A stretch of 64,000 nt of DNA from an uncultured Christensenellaceae bacterium (GCA_944381365.1 CALWKW010000002.1:385952-449951), one strand, 5' to 3'. Shown: positions 52,381 through 61,887, counted from the stretch's first letter. The notes: generated by a model from the sequence alone, not told the origin. Translations and numbers: made by a program.

Positions 52381-52415
52381 GAGAGGAGTGCAAGTTTTTC
52401 TCTTGCACTCCTCTC
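52381..52415 (-). terminator. terminator of the citrate synthase gene
   Basis: 14-bp perfect stem GAGAGGAGTGCAAG/CTTGCACTCCTCTC followed by a T-rich tract on the minus strand. Confidence 0.7.
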
Positions 52416-52519
52416 GTCTTTGATTTTTATTTTGGTTTTGCGAGAAGATTTTTTGTCGACTCTTTTATCGTCTTCTAAATTTTCTTCTTGTGATTTCTCT
52501 GTGTTGTCATCAAGCATAT

Positions 52520-53872
52520 TTATTTTCTCTTTTCAAGATCTTCATATTCTCTTATCTTGACGATATCGATGTATGCGGGACGAATAATCTTGTCCGCATT
52601 TATGAGTTCTTCCAATCTGTGAGCAGACCAGCCTACTATTCTCGCAATAGCAAACATAGGAGTATAAAGCTCCATAGGAATGCCGAGCATGCTGTATACA
52701 AATCCGCTGTAAAAATCTACATTTGCACTCACGCCCTTATAGATTGCTCTTTCGCTTGCAATAGCCTTTGCAGCGAGTTTTTCTACTCTTTCATAGAAAG
52801 CGTATTGCTTGCTTCTGCCTTTTGATTTGGAAAGCTCGTGAATAAACTTTTTGAATACCTGAGCTCTGGGATCTGAGAGAGAATATACCGCATGTCCCAT
52901 GCCGTAAATCAAACCTTTGCCGTCAAAAGCCTCTTTTCTCAAAATCTTGATAAGGTATTGATATATTTCGTCCTCATCCTCGAGATTATGGACATTTTCT
53001 CTGATGTTTTTCATCATCTGAACGACTTTGATATTTGCACCGCCGTGCTTGGGACCTTTGAGAGATGCTAGTGCTGCGGAAACGGCAGAATAAGTGTCTG
53101 TACCTGATGAAGTGACTACTCTTGTGGTGAATGTAGAGTTGTTGCCGCCGCCGTGCTCCATGTGCAATATAAGAGCAAGGTCAAGCACTTTTGCTTCCAG
53201 CTCGCTGAATTTTGTATCGGGACGAAGCATACGCAAGAAGTTTTGTGCCGTGCTCAAATTGGGGTCGGGTCTGTGAATATACAAGCTGTCATCGCAGATA
53301 TAGTGATTGTATGCCTGATAGCCATATACTGCAAGCATAGGAAAAACGCTTATGAGCATAAGGCTTTGTTTGATGACATTTCTCACACTGATATCATCGA
53401 ATTTTTTGTCATAAGAAGCAAGAGTAAGCACGCTTCTCGACAAACTCATCATCATATCTTTGCTGGGAGCTTTGAGAATTACATCCTTTGTGAAATTACG
53501 AGGAAGTTTTCTCATTTCGGCAATCATACCGCAAAATTCTTCAAGCTGTTTTTTGTCGGGCAATTCGCCAAACAACAACAAATAAGTAATTTCTTCAAAA
53601 CCGAATCTATCGCCGGCAATAAGTCCGTCCACCAAAGAGTTTATGCTATAACCTCTATAATACAGCTCGCCGTCACAAGCGACTTGCTGACCGTCTACAT
53701 TCTTAAAAGATACTATCTTGGAAATGTTTGTAATACCAGCCACAACACCCTTGCCCGACTTATCTCTTAGTCCTCTCTTGACATTGTATTCCTGAAACAA
53801 TGCACTATCCAAAGGATAACTTTTAAGACAGTCATCAGCATAATTATCCAAAATCAATTTTTTATCCAACAT
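52520..53872 (-). CDS. citrate synthase
   Basis: 450 aa. Motifs MEHGGGNNSTF, GPKHGGAN, GMGHAVYSLSDPRA and RIVGWSAHRLEE. Confidence 0.85.
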   Translation of the reverse strand: MLDKKLILDNYADDCLKSYPLDSALFQEYNVKRGLRDKSGKGVVAGITNISKIVSFKNVDGQQVACDGELYYRGYSINSLVDGLIAGDRFGFEEITYLLLFGELPDKKQLEEFCGMIAEMRKLPRNFTKDVILKAPSKDMMMSLSRSVLTLASYDKKFDDISVRNVIKQSLMLISVFPMLAVYGYQAYNHYICDDSLYIHRPDPNLSTAQNFLRMLRPDTKFSELEAKVLDLALILHMEHGGGNNSTFTTRVVTSSGTDTYSAVSAALASLKGPKHGGANIKVVQMMKNIRENVHNLEDEDEIYQYLIKILRKEAFDGKGLIYGMGHAVYSLSDPRAQVFKKFIHELSKSKGRSKQYAFYERVEKLAAKAIASERAIYKGVSANVDFYSGFVYSMLGIPMELYTPMFAIARIVGWSAHRLEELINADKIIRPAYIDIVKIREYEDLEKRK

Positions 53873-54232
53873 ATTGCCTCCTTTACCAAACGGGTAGTAT
53901 ATGGTATATAAAAATATGGCTCAAAATTTTCCTTAAAAAAACAATGCGTAAACACAAAAAACACACACTTATGGCAAAATTTTACTATATTTTGAGCATT
54001 TTGTCAAGTTTGACTTCAACACGCAGTGCTTTTATGAAAAACAAAAATTGATGATTTTGAAGCAATTTTGCATTATTTTGCAACTTATTTGAGATTTTAA
54101 AGCATCAATATTATTAGATTTTTGTCGAATATAATAAATACTGACAAATAAATTTTTACAAAAAATTTAATCTAATTTCACTCATATTGACTATTTTTGA
54201 ATGATATTTTATAATAAATTCAAGAGATAATT

Positions 54233-55054
54233 ATGACAATAAGAGAAATAATAGGCAAATTAAATCTTGACAAAAACCTTTCTGAGCCTGCTATAAAATG
54301 GATAGAAGGCAATAATATTTTGTGTCAAGAATACTCCCGTCAACTTTTAAAAAACAAATTGAACAAGATATCTAGACTTGACAATATAAAAAAACTTGCA
54401 ATAGTGCTTTATACCCTGCCTTTTACCTATAAGGCTTATCTAGAAAAAGGCATTGATGAGAATATCTTTTGGGACACGATGAGCGATATAAAAATATGGT
54501 GCAAAAACGATTTTGAAAGATTCAACACTTTAGGGCTTGAGAATATAAATTGGATAAAAAAACATCTTACCTTAAAAATATTCAGACTAAAGCGATTGCA
54601 ATTTGAATTCTCAAGATTTATGATTTTGCCTCATGCAAAATTCAAAGATATCCTAAAATGCCCTTTCAGGCTCGGCGAAAAGTGCATTACTTTACACATA
54701 CCCCAAGGCGAAAAACTAGACAACGAGCTTTGCAAACAATCTCTTTCTATGGCAAACGAATTTTTTGCAAAATACTATCCCGATTATAAATATCGTTGTT
54801 ATACCGTGATTACATGGCTTTTAAATCCCGATTTCAAAAGCGTACTCAATGAGGATAGCAATATCGTGAAGTTTGGAAAAATGTTTGACCTTCTCGGCTA
54901 TGTCCCCGACAGCGATATGAACGAAAGACGAGTGTTTGGCTATGACAAAGACAGAAAAAACTATAATCCTAAAAACGCACTGCAATTATACACACTCTCT
55001 CGCATACAAAACAAAAAACCGCTTTATTCCTACAACGGCTATCGTGCCAAATAA
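54233..55054 (+). CDS. hypothetical protein (possibly the N-acyltransferase-like DUF5596/GNAT-C family)
   Basis: 273-aa ORF. The assignment rests only on overall resemblance to proteins annotated as acyltransferase domain-containing. No catalytic motif identified. Confidence 0.3.
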   Translation: MTIREIIGKLNLDKNLSEPAIKWIEGNNILCQEYSRQLLKNKLNKISRLDNIKKLAIVLYTLPFTYKAYLEKGIDENIFWDTMSDIKIWCKNDFERFNTLGLENINWIKKHLTLKIFRLKRLQFEFSRFMILPHAKFKDILKCPFRLGEKCITLHIPQGEKLDNELCKQSLSMANEFFAKYYPDYKYRCYTVITWLLNPDFKSVLNEDSNIVKFGKMFDLLGYVPDSDMNERRVFGYDKDRKNYNPKNALQLYTLSRIQNKKPLYSYNGYRAK

Positions 55055-55071
55055 AATTTTCATTGACAATT

Positions 55072-55290
55072 ATGGAAAAACAAAGACTAAACAAATTTTG
55101 TGAAAGAATATCTGAATTACGCCTTGAAAAAGGCATGTCAAGACAAGAGCTTGCCGACAAATTGCATATATCGGTAAGACTTGTGGGCTATTGGGAAAAA
55201 GGCGAGAGAGAATGTTCTCTCGATATGCTGATAAAGATAGCTAATATATTGGATACTGACATAAATTATCTTATAGGCTTTTCTGATTAA
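55072..55290 (+). CDS. XRE-family HTH regulator (paralogue A)
   Basis: LRLEKGMSRQELADKLHISVRLVGYWEKGE HTH block. Start is either ATG at 55072 or TTG at 55063. Confidence 0.8.
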   Translation: MEKQRLNKFCERISELRLEKGMSRQELADKLHISVRLVGYWEKGERECSLDMLIKIANILDTDINYLIGFSD

Positions 55291-55307
55291 TAGATATTCA
55301 ATCAATG

Positions 55308-55338
55308 AAAAAGGCTTGCTGACTGCAAGCCTTTTTTG
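55308..55338. terminator. bidirectional terminator
   Basis: AAGGCTTGC-tgact-GCAAGCCTT, flanked by an A-run and a T-run. Confidence 0.75.
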
Positions 55339-55376
55339 TTTGTTGTTTAATTTTCTATTTCTAGCTTTAAGAATAA

Positions 55377-55446
55377 TATTGCATCTCTACTTAATCAAGC
55401 CCTTGGAAATTAGTGCAATCTCTACTTAGTTAAGCCGTTGGAGAAT
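55377..55446. repeat. two tandem ~34-nt direct repeats
   Basis: TGCATCTCTACTTAATCAAGCCCTTGGAAAT and TGCAATCTCTACTTAGTTAAGCCGTTGGAGAAT. The period is 34 nt and about 28 of 33 aligned positions are identical. Confidence 0.7.
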
Positions 55447-55454
55447 GGTGCGAT

Positions 55455-55536
55455 TTTGCGAATTTTCAGCGGTTGTCCCGAATCCTGAGTGTACTTATCG
55501 TACTCGACTGTGAGGGGCGTTCCTGAAATTCGCAAA
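55455..55536. other. 82-nt imperfect nested hairpin just past the helicase stop codon
   Basis: Outer arms TTTGCGAATTTTCAG / CTGAAATTCGCAAA with one bulge. Inner GTCCC/GGGGC helix. Apical GAGTGTAC...GTACTC helix. No flanking T-run on either strand. Confidence 0.5.
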
Positions 55537-55559
55537 GGCGTATCGTTATACAACGGCGA

Positions 55560-58500
55560 TTATGTCGAAAGCTTGCCGTCAACCGTCACCATCAACTGCC
55601 TATCATCTATCGCCATATCGATAGCATTGTCAATCCATTCTGCAATAGCCTTGGTCTTCTTGCCGTAAGCAAAGAGTGTGATTACTTCTTTGATTACTCC
55701 GTCTCTGTCAAGTCCTATATTGCTCTCGAGAGCACATTTGACGGCACATATAATTTCTTCGGGATATATCTTGTTGATATCTCTCTTGACTTTTGCATCA
55801 GAAGGTCTGAATGTATCCACAGGCTTGTCTACATAGAATACTTTGCCTGCGACTTCCTTCTTGAACGAATCAAATTCTGCCACATAATTTTGCAAGGTTG
55901 CGATAGCTTTCTTTGCACTGTTGGGAAGGTTGAACATATAAGTCAACTTGTCCATGAGATAATGATATTCGATAGGCGACTCTCTTTCGATAATAGCTCT
56001 TATCTTTTCTTTTATCTTTTCCTCATTAATTATATCGAGTACAAAGTCAGTACCTACACGCATCATAGGCTTGATAGGATAAGCCTTGTAAGGCACACGG
56101 TACTTGGCAATAGTTTCTCTGACAGCCTTCTTGCTGAGTACTTTCTTTTGAGTGAGCGTAGCGATATAATCCTTTATCTTCTGGATTTCTCTTCTAGGGT
56201 TGTTGAAGTAATTTACAGTCCACAGCTGATAGGTATTCCAGCCGAGTTTTCTCAAAATCTTGGTCTGCATCATTACTCTGTCTCTTACGCCCTTGAGCTT
56301 GCAAGAATTTTCGCTGTCTGCAAGAATAGCAAGGATATACTTGTTTTTGTTTTTGGGATCGACAACTGCGACATCGATTTTGAAATCGCTCACGCCGACA
56401 TTGTAATCGCAAAGTATTCCTCTGTCTTTGAGCTCCTTGCCGAGAAGTTCGCTGATGCCTGCACTTCTTCTGACAATATCCATATTGCTGATAGCAAGCA
56501 TTTCCTTGCCTCTTTCGGCATATTCGAGGAAGGCTTTCAATCCCTCTACACCCTTGCTGCTCGTACGGTTGAGATCAATCATATTGCCTGTGATACCGCT
56601 GAAGATAACCATTTCGTTTCTTGCTCTCGTTACGGCAACATTGAGTCGCTTATAACCGCCGTTCTGGTTGATAGGACCGAAGTTGAGGGAGAGTTTTCCG
56701 TTTTTGTCAGGGCCATAGCCCACACTGAAAAGAATGAGGTCTCTTTCATCACCCTGAACATTTTCGAGGTTCTTGACAAATATAGGCTCGTCTCTGTCAT
56801 AAGCATAGGCATCGAGATGATGTTCATGCAATTTTTTGGAAAGCTCGTTTTCGATATAGACTTGTTGTGCCATATTGAAAGTGACGATACCGATACTGTA
56901 CTTTCTTTCCTGAGGGTCTTTGAGTCTTCTGATTACTTCTTCTACGAGTTCATCGCCCTCTTTCTTGTTGTGTTTTGCACCGCCACGCTCATAGACACCG
57001 TCTACATACCTGAACGAAACTTTGCTGTTCATCTCGTTGGGTGAAGGGAATGTGAGCAATGTGTTGCCGTAATACATAGCATTAGAGAAAGCGATAAGAC
57101 TTTCATGCAACGAACGGTAGTGCCACAACAAGTGATTCTGAGGCATACCGAGAGCCAAGCAGTCATCGAGAATACTGTCAAGGTCTTCTACCTCATAATG
57201 CTCGTCATCTTTATAGTCTACATTAAAGAATGTGGTAGGAGGCAACTGCTGAGGATCGCCCACGACAATAACATTCTTACCTCTTGCGATACAGCCCACA
57301 GCCTTGCAAGTAGGAAGCTGAGATGCTTCGTCAAAGATAACAAGGTCAAACTTGTTTTCCATATCGATGTCCAAGAACTGCGTCACCGAAGTAGGGCTCA
57401 TCAACATACAAGGACAGCATGCCGAAAGTATGTTGGGGATTTTGGCAAAGAGGTTTCTCAAAGTAGTACCTTTCATGCCCGATTTTTCGGCACGCATAAG
57501 CACTACTCTTTCGAGATTGTGGTCGCCCTCTTCGTCAGGACGAGGTATTCTCGCAACAAGCTTTTCGTAAAGCTCGCCCTTTGTCCATCTTTCATAGTCT
57601 TCTGTAAGCTCCTTGAACTTGTTTGCCAATTCCTCGAGAGTAAGACCTGAGAATTGACAAAGCACATCGTCAAGCAACAATTCGCTTCTTACAAAGTTGA
57701 AATATACGCACTTTTTAAAACAACTCAATACATCGACAGCCGATATTTCGCCGTCATTGAGAGGCTCGAGAATAAAGTCGAGACCGCTTGCTTTACATTT
57801 TTCCACAATTTCCTGATATTTGCACCAGTTGGGAATAAAGTCTAAGTTTTTCTGTATATTGCTGAGGTATTCTATCTTTGTATTGATATCGTTGCCTCCG
57901 CTATAACCTCCCGTGCTGAATATCTTGCAGAATGCACCTTCTGCTTTTGCACAGCTTTCGTATGCGTATTGATAATACAGCATAAAGGTATTGGGACCGT
58001 ACTTGACGAGTCTTGAACAGCTGTCTTCGAATACTTCGTTGTTGAGCTCGGCATAGAGCTTTTGAGCATTCTCATAAAGCTGGGCAATCTCACTTGTGCA
58101 AGCTTTGATTTTTGCAGATTCGTTGGCAGGAATCTGAAGAATATTCGCAAGCTCTTCTTCTCTCTTCTTGAGAGTAGAACGGATTTGTTCGCACTTGGAA
58201 AGATATTCTACGAATGCCCATCTGTCTTTCTTGTCTATGCCTGCGGGGATAACTCTTTTTATTCTGCCGCTGATATTTCCGCTCTTCAAAGTAGCGATAA
58301 GCTCGCCAGAAGAAACGCCCTCGGGATAAGTGCCGTATTTTGCGGTGTACTCATTGAGCATTGTATCCACACGGCTTTCTGCCTCGAGATATGACTCTAC
58401 AAGACCTCTTGGAGATCTCGAAAGATTTTTGAAATAATTCTGAATATACTCAAGATGCAAAGCCTTGCATATTCTGTACAATGCCTTTAGTTTTGCAGTA

Positions 58501-61232
58501 GTCAAAGCTACCGTACGCATATTGAACAAAGGCATGAGCGTGCGTGCATACTGACGCAAATGCTTGAGCTCCATGAGATATATCTCGAGAATAGAACTTC
58601 CTTCTTCGCTCCATTTCTCGCTATAACTGAAACCTCCAATATGTCTGAAAGGCGATTTTTCGATATCGCCGCATTCCTTGGCACGCAAAGCAAGTTCGGT
58701 AAGTATATCTATATATTTGTTGAAAGTAGAGCCAACGAGTTTTTCATAGAAAATACTGTCTATACGCAAGCAATCGGGAGAATCCTGATTTTCAAAATAT
58801 CCCATAATACCCTGATACAAGGAAATACCGAGATATCTCTTGCGGTGCATGGCCTCGAGTTCTCTCTCGAGCTTGTCTATACAATCGTTGATATCCTGAA
58901 GCTTGTCGTCTTCGACTTGTTCTGAAGGCTTGTTGTCAGCAAGGGACAAGGTATTGACAATCTGACTCAATACGGTAGTCTTGTTTGTCTTGTTTGAATG
59001 CAATTCAAGGCAGAAATCGCCAAGACCAATGCTTTGCAATCTGTGATGAACGACAGAAAGTGCCGCCATTTTTTCTGCCACAAACAAAACTCTCTTGCCT
59101 CTTACGATATTGTTGGCAATAATATTTGTGATAGTCTGTGATTTTCCCGTTCCGGGAGGTCCATGCAAAACAAAGCTCTTGCTAAGACTGTCTTTTATGG
59201 CAGAATACTGCGATGAGTCTGCCGATATAGGCAAATACATTCTGTCTTCTGACTTGTATGCTTCATCGCTCGAGCAATCTGACAAATTGAATGCGTCCTG
59301 AGGAAGCTCGAGCTTGTTGTTTATAAGCGAATTGACAATAGGATGTTCCCTAAACTTATCCGACTTGTATTTTACATCATACCAAAGCTGATAATTGCCA
59401 AACGACAAAGTAGCTAAGAATACATTGGGCATTATTTCCCAACCCTTAAAGCCTACCGTTTCTTTTTTGATTCTGGCAATTACGGAAAGTATGTTTTGCT
59501 GAGAATCGAGCGATACCGTGGACAATCCTCTTATGTCAAGATTGAATTCCTGATACAAAAACTCAAGCAAAGTGCTGTTGAGTCTTACATCTTCGACATT
59601 GACATCGAGATTGAATGTGGGAGATGCCACGCCCTTTTTGCTGAGACTTACGGGGTACAAAAGCAAAGGTGCGTATTTTTCTTCTGCCGTCTCGTTTTCT
59701 TTCCACTTGAGAAAACCTACCGAAAGATACAATGTGCTTGTACCTGTTTCTTCTTGAATGGACTGCTCTTTTCTGAACAATCTCAACATTATGCTTTCGT
59801 GAGATTTTTGGTCATATACAGAGAGTATTCTCTTGTTTTTGTACTCATAAGCCACATAATCCACAAAAGGCTTTAAGAAAGAACTTCTCTCAAATCCGTC
59901 CGTAATCTTTTCAAGGCTGGTAGCTCCGTCCTTGGGTTTTGCATCGACAATAAAGGATTTGTTTTCGCTCATCGCAGCGACAAAATCTTCTAATGTAGGC
60001 ACGAGAAGTTTTACTGCCGAACGGGATACCTTGAAATTGAGAAGGGCATTTCTCATATCCATATCGAGCAATCTTCTTTCCCACTGCGTGACACGGCTTA
60101 TTTCCTTTTCGCCGCCTATCTCGCCGTTGTATTCTTTGAACTGCTTGGGAGCAAGCGAAGTGATATAATCCTTGCTCTGAACGAGGTCATATCCGTCCTT
60201 GCCGAGCACTCTCTCGGGCAAAGGATATATGTGCATTATTCTCGCTCTTTTTATGTCTACGATAAAATCTACTACGCAATCTTTTTTGATAGTATTGAAA
60301 GCATTCTTTTCTGCTTTTTCGAATGATACGCCGCTTACGGTATCAGCCATAGCGACCATAGTAAAATCATTGACGCCCTTTTCTGCTTTCTGAGCGATAA
60401 GCTCTGCGTCATCGCTGACAAGAAGCGGCAGACATTCATTGGTAGTAAATACACCCACATACCAATCTTCGCCTATATGAGCAATCACGGCATTCTGTCC
60501 GTTTGCCTCTACAAGAGACGCATACAACAAGGCAAGCTCGGTAGCCGTAGCCACTTTTCCTTCAAGTAAATCCTTGTGAGTCTGAATCATCTCGCTCTTG
60601 CCCTCTTGCGATTTGCAATACTCAAAACGCATATCGTTGAGGACGCTGAATATACCAGCAAAATAGTTGCGGACATTATTTTTGTTGGTATTTGCAGAAT
60701 ATCCGCTCTGCATTGTAAAATTCCACTTTTTGAGTTTTTCCTCGACAAGCGACATCAGATAATTTACCTGAGGCGTTCTCTTGACAAAAGTAGCCAAGCT
60801 TTCGGGGCTGTTTTCATAATTGCATTCGTTGAACGCACTTATTTGAACTTCACAGCTTTGCTTTGCCACTACCTCTTCGCCAAAAAGCACCTCAACGGAT
60901 ATAATACCCGTAAGAGGCTTGTCCACCGCAACCATAAACAAGGGGGACAACTTTGCCTGACAATCGAACTTGGCATTCATACGGCGAGGAAGCACCGCTT
61001 GCTCTATCTCGCACGGCAACATAAAATCAGGCTGAGAAGTAATTCTAACCTTGATATTTTCTTTGTCCTCGTTGCTTCTGTTTTTGACATAAAGTCTCTT
61101 GATAGGGCAAATGTCATTCTGGACCTGATAATAATTGACCACATTGGAGCATTCCAAAGTGATATCCACAGGACCTTCGGGTTTTACCTTTTCTTTGACT
61201 TCTTTTTCTTCCTGGATAATTTCTTCTGCCAT
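55560..61232 (-). CDS. giant SF1 (Upf1-like) helicase with C-terminal PD-(D/E)xK-like nuclease domain (DUF4011/AAA_11/AAA_12/DUF3320-type architecture)
   Basis: I place the start at MAEEIIQ (AAAGGAGAG RBS, ATG at 61232). Motifs: LLDMDMRNALLNF; Walker A HGPPGTGKSQT; VIFDEASQ; VGDPQQLPPT; VQGDERDLILFS; NVAVTRARNEM. Then FKIDVAVVDP...ILADSE. Confidence 0.85.
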   Translation of the reverse strand: MAEEIIQEEKEVKEKVKPEGPVDITLECSNVVNYYQVQNDICPIKRLYVKNRSNEDKENIKVRITSQPDFMLPCEIEQAVLPRRMNAKFDCQAKLSPLFMVAVDKPLTGIISVEVLFGEEVVAKQSCEVQISAFNECNYENSPESLATFVKRTPQVNYLMSLVEEKLKKWNFTMQSGYSANTNKNNVRNYFAGIFSVLNDMRFEYCKSQEGKSEMIQTHKDLLEGKVATATELALLYASLVEANGQNAVIAHIGEDWYVGVFTTNECLPLLVSDDAELIAQKAEKGVNDFTMVAMADTVSGVSFEKAEKNAFNTIKKDCVVDFIVDIKRARIMHIYPLPERVLGKDGYDLVQSKDYITSLAPKQFKEYNGEIGGEKEISRVTQWERRLLDMDMRNALLNFKVSRSAVKLLVPTLEDFVAAMSENKSFIVDAKPKDGATSLEKITDGFERSSFLKPFVDYVAYEYKNKRILSVYDQKSHESIMLRLFRKEQSIQEETGTSTLYLSVGFLKWKENETAEEKYAPLLLYPVSLSKKGVASPTFNLDVNVEDVRLNSTLLEFLYQEFNLDIRGLSTVSLDSQQNILSVIARIKKETVGFKGWEIMPNVFLATLSFGNYQLWYDVKYKSDKFREHPIVNSLINNKLELPQDAFNLSDCSSDEAYKSEDRMYLPISADSSQYSAIKDSLSKSFVLHGPPGTGKSQTITNIIANNIVRGKRVLFVAEKMAALSVVHHRLQSIGLGDFCLELHSNKTNKTTVLSQIVNTLSLADNKPSEQVEDDKLQDINDCIDKLERELEAMHRKRYLGISLYQGIMGYFENQDSPDCLRIDSIFYEKLVGSTFNKYIDILTELALRAKECGDIEKSPFRHIGGFSYSEKWSEEGSSILEIYLMELKHLRQYARTLMPLFNMRTVALTTAKLKALYRICKALHLEYIQNYFKNLSRSPRGLVESYLEAESRVDTMLNEYTAKYGTYPEGVSSGELIATLKSGNISGRIKRVIPAGIDKKDRWAFVEYLSKCEQIRSTLKKREEELANILQIPANESAKIKACTSEIAQLYENAQKLYAELNNEVFEDSCSRLVKYGPNTFMLYYQYAYESCAKAEGAFCKIFSTGGYSGGNDINTKIEYLSNIQKNLDFIPNWCKYQEIVEKCKASGLDFILEPLNDGEISAVDVLSCFKKCVYFNFVRSELLLDDVLCQFSGLTLEELANKFKELTEDYERWTKGELYEKLVARIPRPDEEGDHNLERVVLMRAEKSGMKGTTLRNLFAKIPNILSACCPCMLMSPTSVTQFLDIDMENKFDLVIFDEASQLPTCKAVGCIARGKNVIVVGDPQQLPPTTFFNVDYKDDEHYEVEDLDSILDDCLALGMPQNHLLWHYRSLHESLIAFSNAMYYGNTLLTFPSPNEMNSKVSFRYVDGVYERGGAKHNKKEGDELVEEVIRRLKDPQERKYSIGIVTFNMAQQVYIENELSKKLHEHHLDAYAYDRDEPIFVKNLENVQGDERDLILFSVGYGPDKNGKLSLNFGPINQNGGYKRLNVAVTRARNEMVIFSGITGNMIDLNRTSSKGVEGLKAFLEYAERGKEMLAISNMDIVRRSAGISELLGKELKDRGILCDYNVGVSDFKIDVAVVDPKNKNKYILAILADSENSCKLKGVRDRVMMQTKILRKLGWNTYQLWTVNYFNNPRREIQKIKDYIATLTQKKVLSKKAVRETIAKYRVPYKAYPIKPMMRVGTDFVLDIINEEKIKEKIRAIIERESPIEYHYLMDKLTYMFNLPNSAKKAIATLQNYVAEFDSFKKEVAGKVFYVDKPVDTFRPSDAKVKRDINKIYPEEIICAVKCALESNIGLDRDGVIKEVITLFAYGKKTKAIAEWIDNAIDMAIDDRQLMVTVDGKLST

Positions 61233-61396
61233 TTCTCTCCTTTCCTTTGTCAAACGATAGGTTTGCAATAATAATTTTGTCCGTTCAGAAAACTTATAAC
61301 GGGGTCTGAGTAATTTTTAAAAAATCTGCCGAATACTATCGGTAAAAAGGGCAAAACGCCCGTAAAAAATTTCCCCTATTCCATCTTCTGTTTTTT

Positions 61397-61425
61397 ATTA
61401 TACAATATAATCTGGCTATTTGCAA
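61397..61425 (-). promoter_or_regulatory. helicase gene promoter
   Basis: On the minus strand: TTGCAA, 17 nt, TATAAT, with a TG-extended -10 box. This predicts a leader of about 158 nt. Confidence 0.55.
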
Positions 61426-61843
61426 TACGCATTTTTTATTATATTTAAATTTTAATAGAAAGCAAAGTTTTATATTTGATTGAAAAAATTGTTAATTTGC
61501 GATAATGTGTCGGTTTAAAGCATTGATAAAATTTTTGTATTTGCACAAACTTTTTTCATGAAAAATTTTTTTGCGTGTCTTTAAAAAAACTTTATACGAC
61601 TATATCGATTTGTCTTTTTTTGATTTTACCTGCCTATATTTATTCCCTATCTAGGTATAGACTCAACCTTTACAAAAAATCACTTTGTCTTGTCAAGCCG
61701 ATTTAGCTGGATATATCATTACGACATTAGACCTTGCCGACAATACCACTATGAAAAATGTCATGTCTATATAAAAATCAAGACAATTATTTTGGCAATT
61801 ATCTTGTAAAATACGATTATTATTTTGATTTGCACAAACAAAA

Positions 61844-61870
61844 ATATCCGCACAAGATTTGTGCGGATAT
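61844..61870 (-). terminator. terminator of the ddh gene
   Basis: ATATCCGCACAA-gat-TTGTGCGGATAT followed by a T-run on the minus strand. Confidence 0.8.
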
Positions 61871-61887
61871 TGATAGTTTTTTAGATA

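Noticed and set aside
55377-55446. The tandem repeats read as a CRISPR array or as a type III (ToxI-like) RNA antitoxin array.
   Set aside because: There are only two contiguous copies with no spacers. There are no cas genes, and no ToxN/AbiE-like toxin gene lies downstream on either strand.
55890-57044. A 384-aa ORF antisense to the helicase gene. Other long antisense ORFs include 60576-61271, 57105-57650, 19613-20413, 21911-22693, 17455-18183 and 48207-48845.
   Set aside because: All lie fully inside well-supported genes on the opposite strand. They have no RBS, and their Phe/Ile/Leu/Ser-rich, Cys-littered compositions are typical of shadow frames. They are best explained by the codon bias of the real gene.
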